Origin: Candidatus Eiseniibacteriota bacterium
GTDB taxonomy: Bacteria; Eisenbacteria; RBG-16-71-46; CAVPCR01
Assembly (NCBI GenBank): GCA_963823555.1
Contig: CAWGMA010000001.1
Span: 1,760,001 to 1,824,000, forward strand
Length of the DNA: 64,000 nt
Reading direction: 5' to 3'
The position numbers and the translations under genes were made by a program. Shown piece by piece: positions 29,640-40,120 of this stretch. The notes beneath the pieces are model-generated. The model saw only the letters and a program-made list of their open reading frames with translations, was not told where the DNA came from and did no database searches. Each line of letters begins with the position of its first letter. The stretch's first letter is position 1.

Positions 29640-30200
29640 TTGGCAAGACGAGCCGCAGGAACCGAGGCGAAAGGCACCCGCCGACCCCGCCCCGTACGCA
29701 CGACCTCACCCCTCACCCACCTCACCGCGCGCGGCGAGGCCCACATGGTGGATGTCGGCGCCAAACCGATCACCCCACGCGAAGCCAGAGCCCGAGCCCG
29801 GGTTCGCCTGAGCGAAGCGGCGATGGTGGCCCTCGCCTCGGGCCAGATCGAGAAGGGCGACGCGCTGGCCGTCGCCCGCCTCGCCGGCATCCAGGCCGCC
29901 AAGCGCACGGCTGACTGGATCCCGCTCTGCCATCCGCTGCCGCTCGACCACGTCGCGATCACGGTCGATCTCGATCACCGCGACCACACGGCCACGATCA
30001 CGAGCCTGGTCCGCACCACGGCCCGCACCGGCGTTGAAATGGAGGCACTCGTCGCGGCGGCGGCTGCGGCGCTCGCTCTCTTCGACATGCTCAAGGCGAT
30101 CGATCGGAGCCTCGTCATCGAGGAGCTCCTCGTCCTCGAGAAGCGCGGGGGGAAGAGCGGCCACTTCGTGCATCCCAGCACGCGCCGGGCCGGGCCATGA
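29640..30200 (+). CDS. moaC: Cyclic pyranopterin monophosphate synthase
   Basis: HMVDV, IPLCHPL, TGVEMEAL, EKRGGKSG; TTG start inferred. Confidence 0.94.
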   Translation: MARRAAGTEAKGTRRPRPVRTTSPLTHLTARGEAHMVDVGAKPITPREARARARVRLSEAAMVALASGQIEKGDALAVARLAGIQAAKRTADWIPLCHPLPLDHVAITVDLDHRDHTATITSLVRTTARTGVEMEALVAAAAAALALFDMLKAIDRSLVIEELLVLEKRGGKSGHFVHPSTRRAGP

Positions 30201-30694
30201 AGGTCGCGATCCTCACGGTGTCCGACGGCGTCAGCGCCGGAGCGCGGGAGGATTCTAGCGGACCGGCCATCCGCCGCCTGGTGGAGGCCGCCGGGCACGT
30301 GGTGGTCGCCGCCCAGGTGGTCCCCGACGAAGCCTGTGCCGTGAGCCGATTCCTGATCGAGCTTGCCGACAGCGGTCAGGCGGAGATCATCCTCACGACG
30401 GGCGGCACCGGAATGGCGCCTCGCGATGTGACCCCCGAGGCCACGCGCGCCGTGATCGATCGCGAGGCTCCGGGCATCGCCGAGGCCATGCGCTCCCTGT
30501 CCATGCGGCACACTCCGCTGGCCTCGCTGTCGCGGGCCGTGGCCGGCATCCGCGGCCGCGTGCTCATCGTCAACTTGCCCGGTAGTCCGCGCGCCGTCGA
30601 GGAGTGCCTGACCCCCTTGCTCGGTCCACTCGCCCATGGCATCGCGCTCCTCCAGGATCGGGCGAGCGGACATCCCCGACCCGGCCATGAGTAG
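30197..30694 (+). CDS. mog: MogA/MoaB molybdopterin adenylyltransferase
   Basis: LTVSD, TTGGTG.APRDVTPEAT, NLPGSP. Confidence 0.9.
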   Translation: MKVAILTVSDGVSAGAREDSSGPAIRRLVEAAGHVVVAAQVVPDEACAVSRFLIELADSGQAEIILTTGGTGMAPRDVTPEATRAVIDREAPGIAEAMRSLSMRHTPLASLSRAVAGIRGRVLIVNLPGSPRAVEECLTPLLGPLAHGIALLQDRASGHPRPGHE

Positions 30695-31952
30695 AAGCTC
30701 CCGCCCTCCTCACCGCGCAGGATCCCAACCCGAGGCTCTCCTCCCGGTCGACGTGGCGCGCGAGCGCATGCTCGCCGCGGTGCCGATCCTCGCGGAGGAG
30801 ACCGCAGCGCTCGAGAACCTGCGCGGGCAGGTCCTGGCCGTCGACATCCTGGCCGCGGAGGACATCCCGGCATTCGCGAATTCGGCCATGGATGGTTACG
30901 CGGTTCGCGCTGCGGACCTCGCCGGAGCCAGCCGCGATCGCCCGGGCCGGCTTCGCGTCCGTGCGTTCGTGCCGGCCGGCACCGTGCCTGAGCGGAAGGT
31001 CGTGAGCGGTGAAGCGGCTCGCATCATGACCGGCGCCATGCTTCCCGCTGGAGCCGATGCCGTCGTCATGATCGAGGAGACCGACGGGGGCACTGAAGAG
31101 GTCGCCGTCTACCGGTCCGTCAGGAACGGCGAGAACATCCGCCCGCGCGGCGAGGCGGCCCAGCGGGGTGAGGTCGTGATCCCGCGCGGCACCGAGATCG
31201 GTGCGGCGGAGACGGCCATGCTGGCCGCGCTCGGTCACACCTCGGCACGGGTCATCCGCCGCCCGCGAGTGGCGCTCCTGTCAACCGGCGACGAGCTCGT
31301 CCCGCCCGACCGCACACCGGCGCCCGGCCAGATCCGGGATTCGAATCGCTACGGCTTGCTCGCTCTCGTCGCCGCTCTGGGCGCGATCCCGGTCGATCTG
31401 GGGCTCGTCGGCGATGACGCGGCGGAGATCCACGCTCGAGTCGCGCAAGGGCTCGAGATCGCGGACTGTCTCGTCACCTCCGGCGGCGTATCGGTGGGCG
31501 ACGTCGATCTCACCAAGCGAGTGCTGGCCGAGTTCGGCGCGATCCACTCGTACCGCGTGGCCATGAAACCAGGCATGCCGCAGTCGTTCGGGCTGGCAGG
31601 AGGGAAGCCGGTGTTCGGACTTCCCGGGAATCCGGTGTCGTCACTGGTCGTTTTCGACCAGTTCGTGCGCCCGGCTCTCCTCAAGATGGCGGGACACACC
31701 CGTCTGTTCCGCCCGCGGCTCCAGGCGATGGCTGCGGAAGACATGCGCAAGCCGGCCGGCAAGACGCATTTTCTACGCGGCATCGTCGAAGATCGCTCCG
31801 GGACCCTGTGGGTGCGCCTCGCCGGGCCGCAGGGCTCCGGCATCCTGCGCTCGCTGGTTCTGGCCAATGCCTTCGTCGTACTCGGACCGGAGATGAAGGC
31901 GGTGTCAGCCGGGACGCCCGTGCCGATCGAGCTTCTCGTCGATCGACTCTAG
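30687..31952 (+). CDS. moeA: Molybdopterin molybdotransferase
   Basis: SAMDGYA, IMTGA, STGDEL, SGGVSVG, KPG.P, GLPGNP. Confidence 0.95.
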   Translation: MSRSSRPPHRAGSQPEALLPVDVARERMLAAVPILAEETAALENLRGQVLAVDILAAEDIPAFANSAMDGYAVRAADLAGASRDRPGRLRVRAFVPAGTVPERKVVSGEAARIMTGAMLPAGADAVVMIEETDGGTEEVAVYRSVRNGENIRPRGEAAQRGEVVIPRGTEIGAAETAMLAALGHTSARVIRRPRVALLSTGDELVPPDRTPAPGQIRDSNRYGLLALVAALGAIPVDLGLVGDDAAEIHARVAQGLEIADCLVTSGGVSVGDVDLTKRVLAEFGAIHSYRVAMKPGMPQSFGLAGGKPVFGLPGNPVSSLVVFDQFVRPALLKMAGHTRLFRPRLQAMAAEDMRKPAGKTHFLRGIVEDRSGTLWVRLAGPQGSGILRSLVLANAFVVLGPEMKAVSAGTPVPIELLVDRL

Positions 31953-32968
31953 GGACGAGCGGCCGCCGCGGACCGGAGCGGGGTGATCGTGATCACGCCC
32001 GATGGCGGAGCGTCCAGTTCAACCTGCGAAACGCTCTGGACCCGGCTCTTGGCGGCGGGGATGAGCCCCTCGAGTAACCCGACAATTCGGCCCCCCAGGA
32101 CCTTGGCCTGTTCGCCGGAGCGCGCCACCACGGTGACGCGGATCGGGGTCGACGAGGATGGGATCTGGTTGATCCAGCTTGCGACCTCGATCATGACCGG
32201 CGGCACCTGGCTCCGGGAACTACGCCGGGCCGAGAACTCCGATCCCTTCTCCATCAGGAGATCGTCCCCGTTGAAGACGAAGAGCGGATGCTCCAGATCG
32301 CCGCTCCGGTAGGCGGACACCTCGAAGCCGTCACCTACGAATGTGCGCTTGTTCCCTGCCCGATCGAAGCTGGTGAAGACATAGGAATAGGTGCGACCTG
32401 GCACCGCTGTCGCGCCCCCCCTTTCTTGCCCGTCCCAAGCGATCTCACGTGGCGGCTTTCCCTTTCCCTCGAAGGCGGCCACCGGGTTGCCGCGGCCGTC
32501 CACGACCTCGAGGCGCCAGCGGTCCACGCCTTCCATGGAAGGGTGAAACACGGCGACCGAACCGGTGGTGAACTCCTCGAGCCAGGGATGCCCCAGGTAG
32601 GGGCAAGGCGCCCAGGTCGAGGACGTGAAGAGCGGAACGGTCATATCAGGGAAGGTGCGGTTCAGTACGTCTTCGATGCTGCCCCAGTCGAGACCAGGGG
32701 CTGTTTCGGGAGCGAGATCGAGTGCGAGCGGAGGCCGCTCGTAATCGATGTGGATGCGATCCTCGCCCTCGACCGTCAGGCTGCGGAACGCCGTACCGTC
32801 CTCACCACCGTGGAGGACGAGGCCGGGGTCGGCGTCCGGCGCCGGGTCGGCGGCAAGAGCTCGGCCACTAGGCGCCAGCAGGATGCCGGTCGCGACGATT
32901 GCGACCAGCCATGGACGGCCATGGGATGCCCGGCCGAGCGGACGGCGATGGGTGATCGACGAAGACAT
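31949..32968 (-). CDS. Exported hypothetical protein with FlgD-like Ig domain and possible degenerate OmpA-like C-terminus
   Basis: Signal peptide; WRLEV.D..G..V..F.G.G.PP..I.WDG..G.TY.Y...DRAGN, shared with the PorV-like C-terminus; last gene of the TonB operon. Confidence 0.65.
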   Translation of the reverse strand: MSSSITHRRPLGRASHGRPWLVAIVATGILLAPSGRALAADPAPDADPGLVLHGGEDGTAFRSLTVEGEDRIHIDYERPPLALDLAPETAPGLDWGSIEDVLNRTFPDMTVPLFTSSTWAPCPYLGHPWLEEFTTGSVAVFHPSMEGVDRWRLEVVDGRGNPVAAFEGKGKPPREIAWDGQERGGATAVPGRTYSYVFTSFDRAGNKRTFVGDGFEVSAYRSGDLEHPLFVFNGDDLLMEKGSEFSARRSSRSQVPPVMIEVASWINQIPSSSTPIRVTVVARSGEQAKVLGGRIVGLLEGLIPAAKSRVQSVSQVELDAPPSGVITITPLRSAAAARP

Positions 32969-32985
32969 GACACATCTCCCGAATA

Positions 32986-33972
32986 TCAATGAGCGTCGGT
33001 GAGGCGGAAGTGAAATGTGATCCGCCCCCACTGCTCGCCGGTACGACCGGCGCTCAACGGCTTGAACCTCCAGGCCCGAAGCGCGGCGCGAGCGCTGTCA
33101 TCGAACTCCTCGAAACCCGCCGTCTTCTCGACGACGATGTTCTCCTTGATCGTGCCGTCGGACCGCACCACGAAGTAGAGCGTCACCGACGCTTCGATGC
33201 CTTCCCGCTTCGCCCACTCGGGATAGACCGCGGCGACATAGCTGGCGATGGGACGGTCGGCGATCGGGCCCAGGAGAGAGGCCCCGGCCAGCGTGCGCAT
33301 CGAGTTGGGCGACCCCCCAGCTTCCGGCTCGGCGGGGGCATCGGCCTTGGTTTCCGGGAGCGCCGCCATGCGCAGCGGCCGCCCGGAGGTCGGAGCCGAT
33401 CCCCGAGTCAGAGCCAGCGGGGCGTTGCCGCTCTCCTGCCCACCCTCGCGGCGAAGGGCGATAGGCGGCGCGGCTGTGCTGAGGGGGGAGCCGTCCGGTC
33501 GTCCCGCCCGGCTCTTCCACAGTCCAGGTAGCTCGACGGCAGAGGCCACGCTCGCCCCGACCGGGGCCGGGGACTTGCGATCGAGCTTGGCCAAGCGTGC
33601 TTCGAGCCGGTCCGCGATGGCGATATCAGATTGCGGTCGCACCACGACATCGGCATCTTCGTCGCGGGCGAAACGCTCCTCCTCGGGTTTGGCTCCGATG
33701 CCGGGGGTGCTTGGGCCCGGGATCGCCTGACCGGGATTGCCGCTCACGGTCTCCTCGCCCTTCGACACAGGCGCCGGACTCGCAGGCGTCATCGCCGCGA
33801 GCTCGTCATCGGTGAGGAAGGTGATCTCGGTGATCACCTCCCCTTCGGCGTCGGGGGATGGCACGAAGACGAGCCACATCAGGAGCATGGCGTGCACCAG
33901 CACGCTCGTGCCCATCGCCCAGCGGGTACGGCTACGGGCCTCCGTCCGGTCGCGATTGAGAGGGGCGATCAT
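32986..33972 (-). CDS. tonB: TonB family energy transducer
   Basis: TM helix SVLVH, Pro-rich linker, YPEWAKREGIE..V.L.F.V..DG...WRFKP. Confidence 0.9.
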   Translation of the reverse strand: MIAPLNRDRTEARSRTRWAMGTSVLVHAMLLMWLVFVPSPDAEGEVITEITFLTDDELAAMTPASPAPVSKGEETVSGNPGQAIPGPSTPGIGAKPEEERFARDEDADVVVRPQSDIAIADRLEARLAKLDRKSPAPVGASVASAVELPGLWKSRAGRPDGSPLSTAAPPIALRREGGQESGNAPLALTRGSAPTSGRPLRMAALPETKADAPAEPEAGGSPNSMRTLAGASLLGPIADRPIASYVAAVYPEWAKREGIEASVTLYFVVRSDGTIKENIVVEKTAGFEEFDDSARAALRAWRFKPLSAGRTGEQWGRITFHFRLTDAH

Positions 33973-34448
33973 GGGTGCATCCCTCCCGCCGTCCAGCCAA
34001 CGTTCGCACCGGCTTGCTGGCGAGTGGCCACGGCGAGATGGGTAGCGCCGGCGGCCCGGGCCTCGGTCAGGAGCTTCTCCACCGCAGCATGGGACGCCGC
34101 AGAGTCGGCCCGCACGACGACGAGCACGTCCGCGTTTCCGGGCTCAGCCAGCCGCGCTGCGAGCGTGACCCGCAGTAGCTCGGGGGTGATGAAGTCACGA
34201 TCGATCGCGACCTCCCCGTCCGGTCCCAGGGTGATGCTCACGTTGCGCTGGTCCTCCGCGTCGCGCGTTCGCGCCGGCGGGAGGTTCACTTCCAGATCCG
34301 CCACCGACAGCATCGGCGCCGTCACCAGGAGGATGATGACGAGCACGAGAGCCACGTCGATGATCGGCGTCACGTTGATGCGAGTAATGAGATCGCGATG
34401 CGGGTTGGCGCTCGAGACCGTCTTCCGCATGTTCTTGCTTCGCTTCAT
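33969..34448 (-). CDS. exbD: ExbD/TolR family protein
   Basis: INVTPIIDVALVLVII..TAP..VNLP..VRAD. Confidence 0.9.
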   Translation of the reverse strand: MKRSKNMRKTVSSANPHRDLITRINVTPIIDVALVLVIILLVTAPMLSVADLEVNLPPARTRDAEDQRNVSITLGPDGEVAIDRDFITPELLRVTLAARLAEPGNADVLVVVRADSAASHAAVEKLLTEARAAGATHLAVATRQQAGANVGWTAGGMHP

Positions 34449-34449
34449 G

Positions 34450-34860
34450 TCATCGTCCCACGACGGCGATTTCACCAGCGCCGAGCTGCTTGGCCTCGTC
34501 CAGCACGCCGACGAAGATTCCATGGGCGACGCCCGGAGCGCAGCGCACGATCACGCGCCCGGTCGAACTCTGGGCGAGCAGTGGACCCAATTGCTCCGCC
34601 AGCATCTCACGAGGCAGCTCGGTGCGATTGACGACCACCAGTTCGTTGTCCGGGATCTCGATCTCGATCCGCTCCGCTTCGCTTTCAACGGGAGCCTTCC
34701 GCCCGCTGGCCGACGCCTGGCGGACGGCGATGCTCGACTGGAAGGCCAGCGGCATGGCCACCATCAGGATGACGACGAGAACCAGGGACACATCGATGAG
34801 CGGCGTCAAGTTGACGTCGTGAATGCTATCGAGGACCCGCTTGCGAGCGATGTTCGCCAC
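34450..34860 (-). CDS. exbD: ExbD/TolR family protein
   Basis: VNLTPLIDVSLVLVVILMV; GGAG RBS. Confidence 0.9.
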   Translation of the reverse strand: MANIARKRVLDSIHDVNLTPLIDVSLVLVVILMVAMPLAFQSSIAVRQASASGRKAPVESEAERIEIEIPDNELVVVNRTELPREMLAEQLGPLLAQSSTGRVIVRCAPGVAHGIFVGVLDEAKQLGAGEIAVVGR

Positions 34861-34876
34861 AGTGCTCTCCTTGCCC

Positions 34877-35560
34877 CTACGCCGCGCGCTCGATGGGGTG
34901 CAGGGTCGGACGTCCGGGCTCCGGCCGCCGCTCGCGGGTGGCGACCTCCGCCTCGTGCGCCAGGCGCAGGGTGCGAGCGTGGTTCTCAGCCACGGTGAGC
35001 ATCACCGTCGTCTGGCGAGCGAAGTGGTTGTAGAAGATGACGGCCGGCACCGCCACCACGAGGCCGGCGGCGGTCGTGAGCAGCGCTTCGGCGACGCCGG
35101 CGGCGACGACCGAGGGCCCGGCCGAACCGGTGGCTGCCATGTCGTGGAAGGCGCGCATGATGCCCCATACCGTCCCGAGCAGTCCGACCAGGGGCGTGGT
35201 GTTGCCCATCGTGCCCAGCACCCCGAGGTTGCGCTCGAAGGACAACCGCTCCGCGCTGAGGGTGATGGCAAGCTGCTCCTCGATGACATCCGGCGGTTGC
35301 TGCGCATTCTCGAGCACCGTCGTCCCGGCTCGACCGAAGGGATGAGGCGTCGAGGCCAGCGCGTGCAAGGCGCCCCTGGTGTCGCCGCCGCGCACGCCGA
35401 TCAGAGCCGCTCCCAGCACGGCGTCCGGGTTTCCCCGCCGCTTCCAGAAGTAGATGCTGCGCTCGATGATGAATCCCAGCACGAGCACGCTGCAGCCGAG
35501 GATGATCATCATCACCGGGCTCGAACGGACAGCCCCGATCCAGTCGAAGTTCGCGAACAT
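34877..35560 (-). CDS. exbB: MotA/TolQ/ExbB proton channel
   Basis: PLVGLLGTVWGIMRAF..GVAEALLTTAAGLVVAVPA..YNHF. Confidence 0.93.
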   Translation of the reverse strand: MFANFDWIGAVRSSPVMMIILGCSVLVLGFIIERSIYFWKRRGNPDAVLGAALIGVRGGDTRGALHALASTPHPFGRAGTTVLENAQQPPDVIEEQLAITLSAERLSFERNLGVLGTMGNTTPLVGLLGTVWGIMRAFHDMAATGSAGPSVVAAGVAEALLTTAAGLVVAVPAVIFYNHFARQTTVMLTVAENHARTLRLAHEAEVATRERRPEPGRPTLHPIERAA

Positions 35561-35593
35561 CAGACCTCTCCTCTATGTCGTCGCCGTTCCGGT

Positions 35594-38500
35594 TCAGTCG
35601 GTCGCCGGGCTCTTTCCGGCGGCGCCGGATGTGAGCTCGCCGGCTCGACCCGCGGCCGCGGCGGCGAGCTCGCGGTCGGCGGTGTGCTGAGCGATGTCCC
35701 GATAGGCCTTGGCCGCCCGGGCTCCATCACCCTTCTGCTCGTAGATGGCCGCGGCCCGCGCCAGCGCCGAAAGGCGGAAGGGATCGTCCTTCGGCTCACC
35801 GGCGGCCACCTGACGATAGACCTCAAGCGCCGGTTCGGAGTCGCCGAGCTGCTCCCAGCATTGGCCGAGCCGGTAGCCCAGTTCGAGTTTGAGGGCGGGG
35901 TCGGTGGCGCGCTCGAACGCGTGGCCGAAGGCAGCCGCTGCCTCCGACCAGCGCTCGGCCGCGCCATGAAGGTCACCGAGCTGGTAGGACACGAGTGCCG
36001 ATCGCTCGTCGTCGCCATACTCGCTCTGATAGTGCTCGAGCGTGGCCAGGGCGGCCTCATCATCGCCCAGCTCGCGCTGGCACAGCGCAAGGTTGAACCG
36101 CGCCGCGGAGGCCATGTCGGTCGAGAGGCTGTCATCGAGCACACCCGTGAACATGATGGCGGCCTTGAGATGCTCACGAGCCTCGAATTGCAGCATGCCC
36201 AGCCGGAAGCTCACTGCCGGGCGCAAGTCGCTGTTCGGGAAGTAGCTCAAGAACTGCTCGTACGCGAGGCGAGCCTCGGCCGCGGCCCCGGTCCGCGCAT
36301 AGCAATCGGCCAGCAAGTACTGCGCCCGATCGGCGGACGAATGCTCCGGGAAGCGGGTCACGACCTGGCGGAAGGACTCGGCAGCCGCCGCATGGTCCTC
36401 CTTCTCGTACTGCTTGCGCGCGATCTCGAACTGCGCGTCGCCGGCGAAGGAGCTCGCAGGATACTGCTCAACCAGCTTCGCCAGCACCGCGGTGCCGCTG
36501 TCGCTCTGTCCGAGGCGGTAGAGAGCCTGCTCGGTGCCCCGTTCCGCCTCACGGGCGACGTGGCTTCCGGGGAACGCAGTCATCGTTCTGGCGAATCCGT
36601 CAATGGCCTCGACATCGCGCCCGGCATTGTAGTCGCACTGCGCGAGCCGCAGCATGGCCACGGCGGCAGCCGGGGTCTCGGCGAAATGACCGAGCAACCC
36701 CCTGTAGCAGCGCTGCGCATCGCTGTAGCGCTCGGCCTGGAAGTACAGATCCCCGGCCCGGGCCCAGGCCCGTTCGGCGACGGGCGCGTCGGGAGCGGCC
36801 GTGATCACTTCCTCCCAGCGATCGACCGCATCGCCGGCGCGATCGCGGCGCATGTAGCAGAGACCCGCCTGGTAGAGCGCCAGGAGTCGGTCGGGATGGG
36901 TGGGGAAGCGCTGGGCGAAGTCGTCGTAGGCAGCCCCGGCGGCGACATAGCTCCTTCTGATTGAAGCGCGCGTGCGCGATGTGCAGGTAGGCTGGGCTCA
37001 GGTCCTCACTGTCACTCTGACCGTAACGCGCGATCATGCGCTCTTCGGTGGCGATGGCCAGGCTGTCGCGGCCCTGGCGAGCATAGGTCCAGGCCAGGAG
37101 CCGGTTGGCTGCCAGTCCGATCTGATGCTCGGGGAACTCCTTGAACAGGCGATCGAGCGTCTTCTCGACATCGGCATGGCGCCCGAGGGCGGCCAGCGCA
37201 TCGGCATCATAGAGGAGCGCGTTGGCCCGCCACGGTGAGTTCGACGGCGGCATGCGTTCGAGCAGCAGGTGAGGAGCACCGGCCAGCTGCCCGAGGTTTC
37301 CAGCCCGGTGATAGGAGAGCTCGAGCAGGCACAGCGCAGCCTCGACCAGCTCCTGATTCTCGGGAGAAGTGAAGACCAGCGCCCCGTTCCCGGCGGCGGA
37401 TGGGGCATAGCGATCGATGACGAGCTGGAAGTAGGGAGCGGCTACCAGCGGGCGATCGAGCTTGAGCAGGCCGACGCCGGCGAGATAGGCCGCAGCCGGA
37501 GCTTCCGGGGCCAGGGGATAGCCGGCCACCACCGCCTGATACGAGCTCGTCGCCTCGGCTTCCCGGCCCAGACCGGCCAGGCAGCGTGCCACCCGGTACT
37601 GCGCGCTGGCTGCAACGGAGTGGTCGAAGTACGAGGTGAGAACGCGGTTGAAATCGAGGATGGCGGCATCGTACTGACCACCGCGGTACTCGATCTCTCC
37701 GATCAGGAACTGCGCCCGCGCGCCGACGTCTGTGCCCTGGTAGTCCCCCCCGACGCTTCTGAGGAGGGCGATGGCGGAATCCGGAGCCCCGGCCAGGAAC
37801 ACCGCCGCCGCAGAACGGAGCGCGGCCTCGCCGCGAATCTCCTGTTCACCGGTGCCTTCGGCCACGCGAGCGAACTCCTGGGCCGCGCTCTTGTAGTCCC
37901 GGCTGGAGAGGAACACGTTGGCCTTGGCCAGAGCGGCCGCATCGGCCATGGGTGAATCCGGATAGCGGTCGACCACCTCCTTGAAGAGCGCCGCCGCCTT
38001 GAGCACCGAGCCCGTGCGGCTATGGGCCAGGGCTCGCAGGTAGACGGCCTCTGGGCAATCGTCGGCGGTCTCGAGTGCGGCCAGCGTCTCCGCCGGCTTG
38101 TCGCTCAGGTAGAGCGTCGCGCCGCGGGCCAGAGCCACCCGCGGATCACTGGCAAGAGCGGCGTTGAGCTTCGCGATCTGCTGCAAGAGCTGGCCGGCCT
38201 CATCCACCTTGCCCCGGCGCATGGCGTTCCAGGCGCGGGCCAGGCAAGCCTCACCGCGAAGCGGGCTCGACTCGTACCGACGATCCCATTTCGACCATTC
38301 ATCGGCGGCCTCGGCGTCCTTGCCGGCAGCTTCCAGGGAGCGGATGCGCGCGAAGTCGGCATCATCGGCGAATGGGCCCCCATCGCGCGCCGCCTGCTTG
38401 AACCGTTCAGTCGCCTGGTGCGCGGCGCCGAGATCGAGCTCGAGCTGACCCTGGAGGAAATCCGCCGCTCCGCGGTCGGCCCCGGTGAGGCCATCTCGCT

Positions 38501-38738
38501 TCACGATGTTCAGCTCGTTGGCCACGCTCTCCAGCGACTGGAGGCGTTCCGCGCCTTCCATCAATCGGGCCTCTTCATAGGCCCGACCGAGCGCGGAAAG
38601 CTGGTCCCGAGCTTCCGGCCCCGAGGCCTGGGCTGAGCCACGGGCAAAGGGACCGCAGATCCCCAGCAGGCAGAACGCCACCCCCCCCACCCATCTCGCC
38701 CATCGGGCGCGCCGGCGGTACCATGCCGCTTGCCTCAT
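35594..38738 (-). CDS. Large exported TPR protein (BamD/YbgF-like repeats, about 1050 aa); +1 frameshift near 36953
   Basis: Signal peptide, many '..YP.S...A.Y..A' repeats; RFNQK continues as YVAAGAAYDDFAQRFP in the second frame; GAGGAG RBS. Confidence 0.8.
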
Positions 38739-38784
38739 CGTTGACTCCTCTCCTCGAAACGTAGCCTGTCTGGCAAGGGGCACC

Positions 38785-40071
38785 TCAGTCGACCGGGACG
38801 ACCTCGATCCTCCCCTGAGGCCCACCGGTCGCGATCTCGACATGCTCGACCGCGCTCGCCATCTCGCGTCCCTCGCTGTCGAGCACGGTGAGCTGGTAGC
38901 GATAGACACCGTCGGGAAGCGGCAATCCGGCCTCATCCTTGCCATCCCACATGAGATGCGCAGGAGGCGTGCCTTGCCCGGCGAATCGGCGCACGGCCTC
39001 GTCGGACTTGTCGCGGATAACGAGGCTCCACTTCTCGGTATCGGCCTTGGTGCGCGCGGTGAGATTGATCTTGGTGACAGCCTTCTCCCCGGTCGGCGAG
39101 AAGATGTCGGGTTCGGCCTTCGAGCTCGCGAAGAATCCGCCGAAGCGATAGGACAGACCGACCCGGTGCACGAAGCCCAGGTCATGATCCGCCAGCCCGT
39201 AGTCGAGCTGGAAGCGGCGATCGAAGCGGTAGCTCACGCCTCCCGCCGCCGCCTGGTCTCCGTACCCGAGGCGCAGGCCGAGCTGCGGCTGCAGCCAGTA
39301 CTCGCTGCCCCCGCGCAGGCGGAAACCGGAGCCCGAGACGTGGTCGACCTCAGCGGTGACGAGGCCGCGTCCACCGAGAATGGCCGCCGAGAGTCCGCCC
39401 CTGACCTCGAACGGGAAGCGCTCGTCCACCTCGCGCAGCGACACGTTGGGGCCGCCGACGTTGAGCACCGAGGCACCAACCCGCAGGTTGGGAGCTACGT
39501 TCATCATGGCGCCGAGATCGAAACCGACGCCGCCCCCGCTCCAGTCCTCCACCGACTGGTGAACGATCTTGACATTGCCCCCGATGGAGAGGCGCGGGGA
39601 CAGTCCCTTGGCCACGCTGATGAGAAAGGCCGTATCGCCCGTTCCGAACGTGCCCAGGGGATCGTTCAGCTCATTCGTGCGTTCGAACTGACCCGAGCCA
39701 AGGTGGATCATGCTGACGCCCAGGCTCGGCAGCCGGCTGCGCCGGCTCCCCGGCACGGCGAAGCTGAACCCGTTCATCGCCGTATCCTCGAAGAGCCGTG
39801 CGGTCTCGAAGCGCACCTCGTTCTGCTCGAGCACCGTGAGGCCGGCGGGATTCCACACGACACCGAGCGGTTCATCAGCGGTGGCGACGAAGGCTCCACC
39901 GAGCCCGAGCGTGCGCGCCCCGACATAGTCGGAGAGCCAACCTCCCGGGATTCCGCCCTGCTCATCGGCGGCGGCCGCCGCCCCGGCGGCCAGAAGTCCG
40001 GCCATGGCCAGGCAGAGGGCGCCGGCATGCGCCGGGGCGCGACGACGATTGCGACTTGAGTTGCGATTCAT
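38785..40071 (-). CDS. PorV/PorQ(FadL)-like outer-membrane beta-barrel with C-terminal FlgD-like domain
   Basis: GARTLGLGGAFVATADE..VWNPAGL, amphipathic strands, HRVGLSYRF, then FSP.G..WDGKDEAG..LPDGVY. Confidence 0.8.
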   Translation of the reverse strand: MNRNSSRNRRRAPAHAGALCLAMAGLLAAGAAAAADEQGGIPGGWLSDYVGARTLGLGGAFVATADEPLGVVWNPAGLTVLEQNEVRFETARLFEDTAMNGFSFAVPGSRRSRLPSLGVSMIHLGSGQFERTNELNDPLGTFGTGDTAFLISVAKGLSPRLSIGGNVKIVHQSVEDWSGGGVGFDLGAMMNVAPNLRVGASVLNVGGPNVSLREVDERFPFEVRGGLSAAILGGRGLVTAEVDHVSGSGFRLRGGSEYWLQPQLGLRLGYGDQAAAGGVSYRFDRRFQLDYGLADHDLGFVHRVGLSYRFGGFFASSKAEPDIFSPTGEKAVTKINLTARTKADTEKWSLVIRDKSDEAVRRFAGQGTPPAHLMWDGKDEAGLPLPDGVYRYQLTVLDSEGREMASAVEHVEIATGGPQGRIEVVPVD

Positions 40072-40120
40072 GAAGCTCACCCCTCGTTGTGCGCGAAAGC
40101 ACGCTCCGGCATCGACCGGG

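Noticed and set aside
33969..35560. Tol-Pal system
   Set aside because: No tolB or pal; two ExbD-like genes and a TonB-type C-terminal domain fit ExbBD-TonB better.
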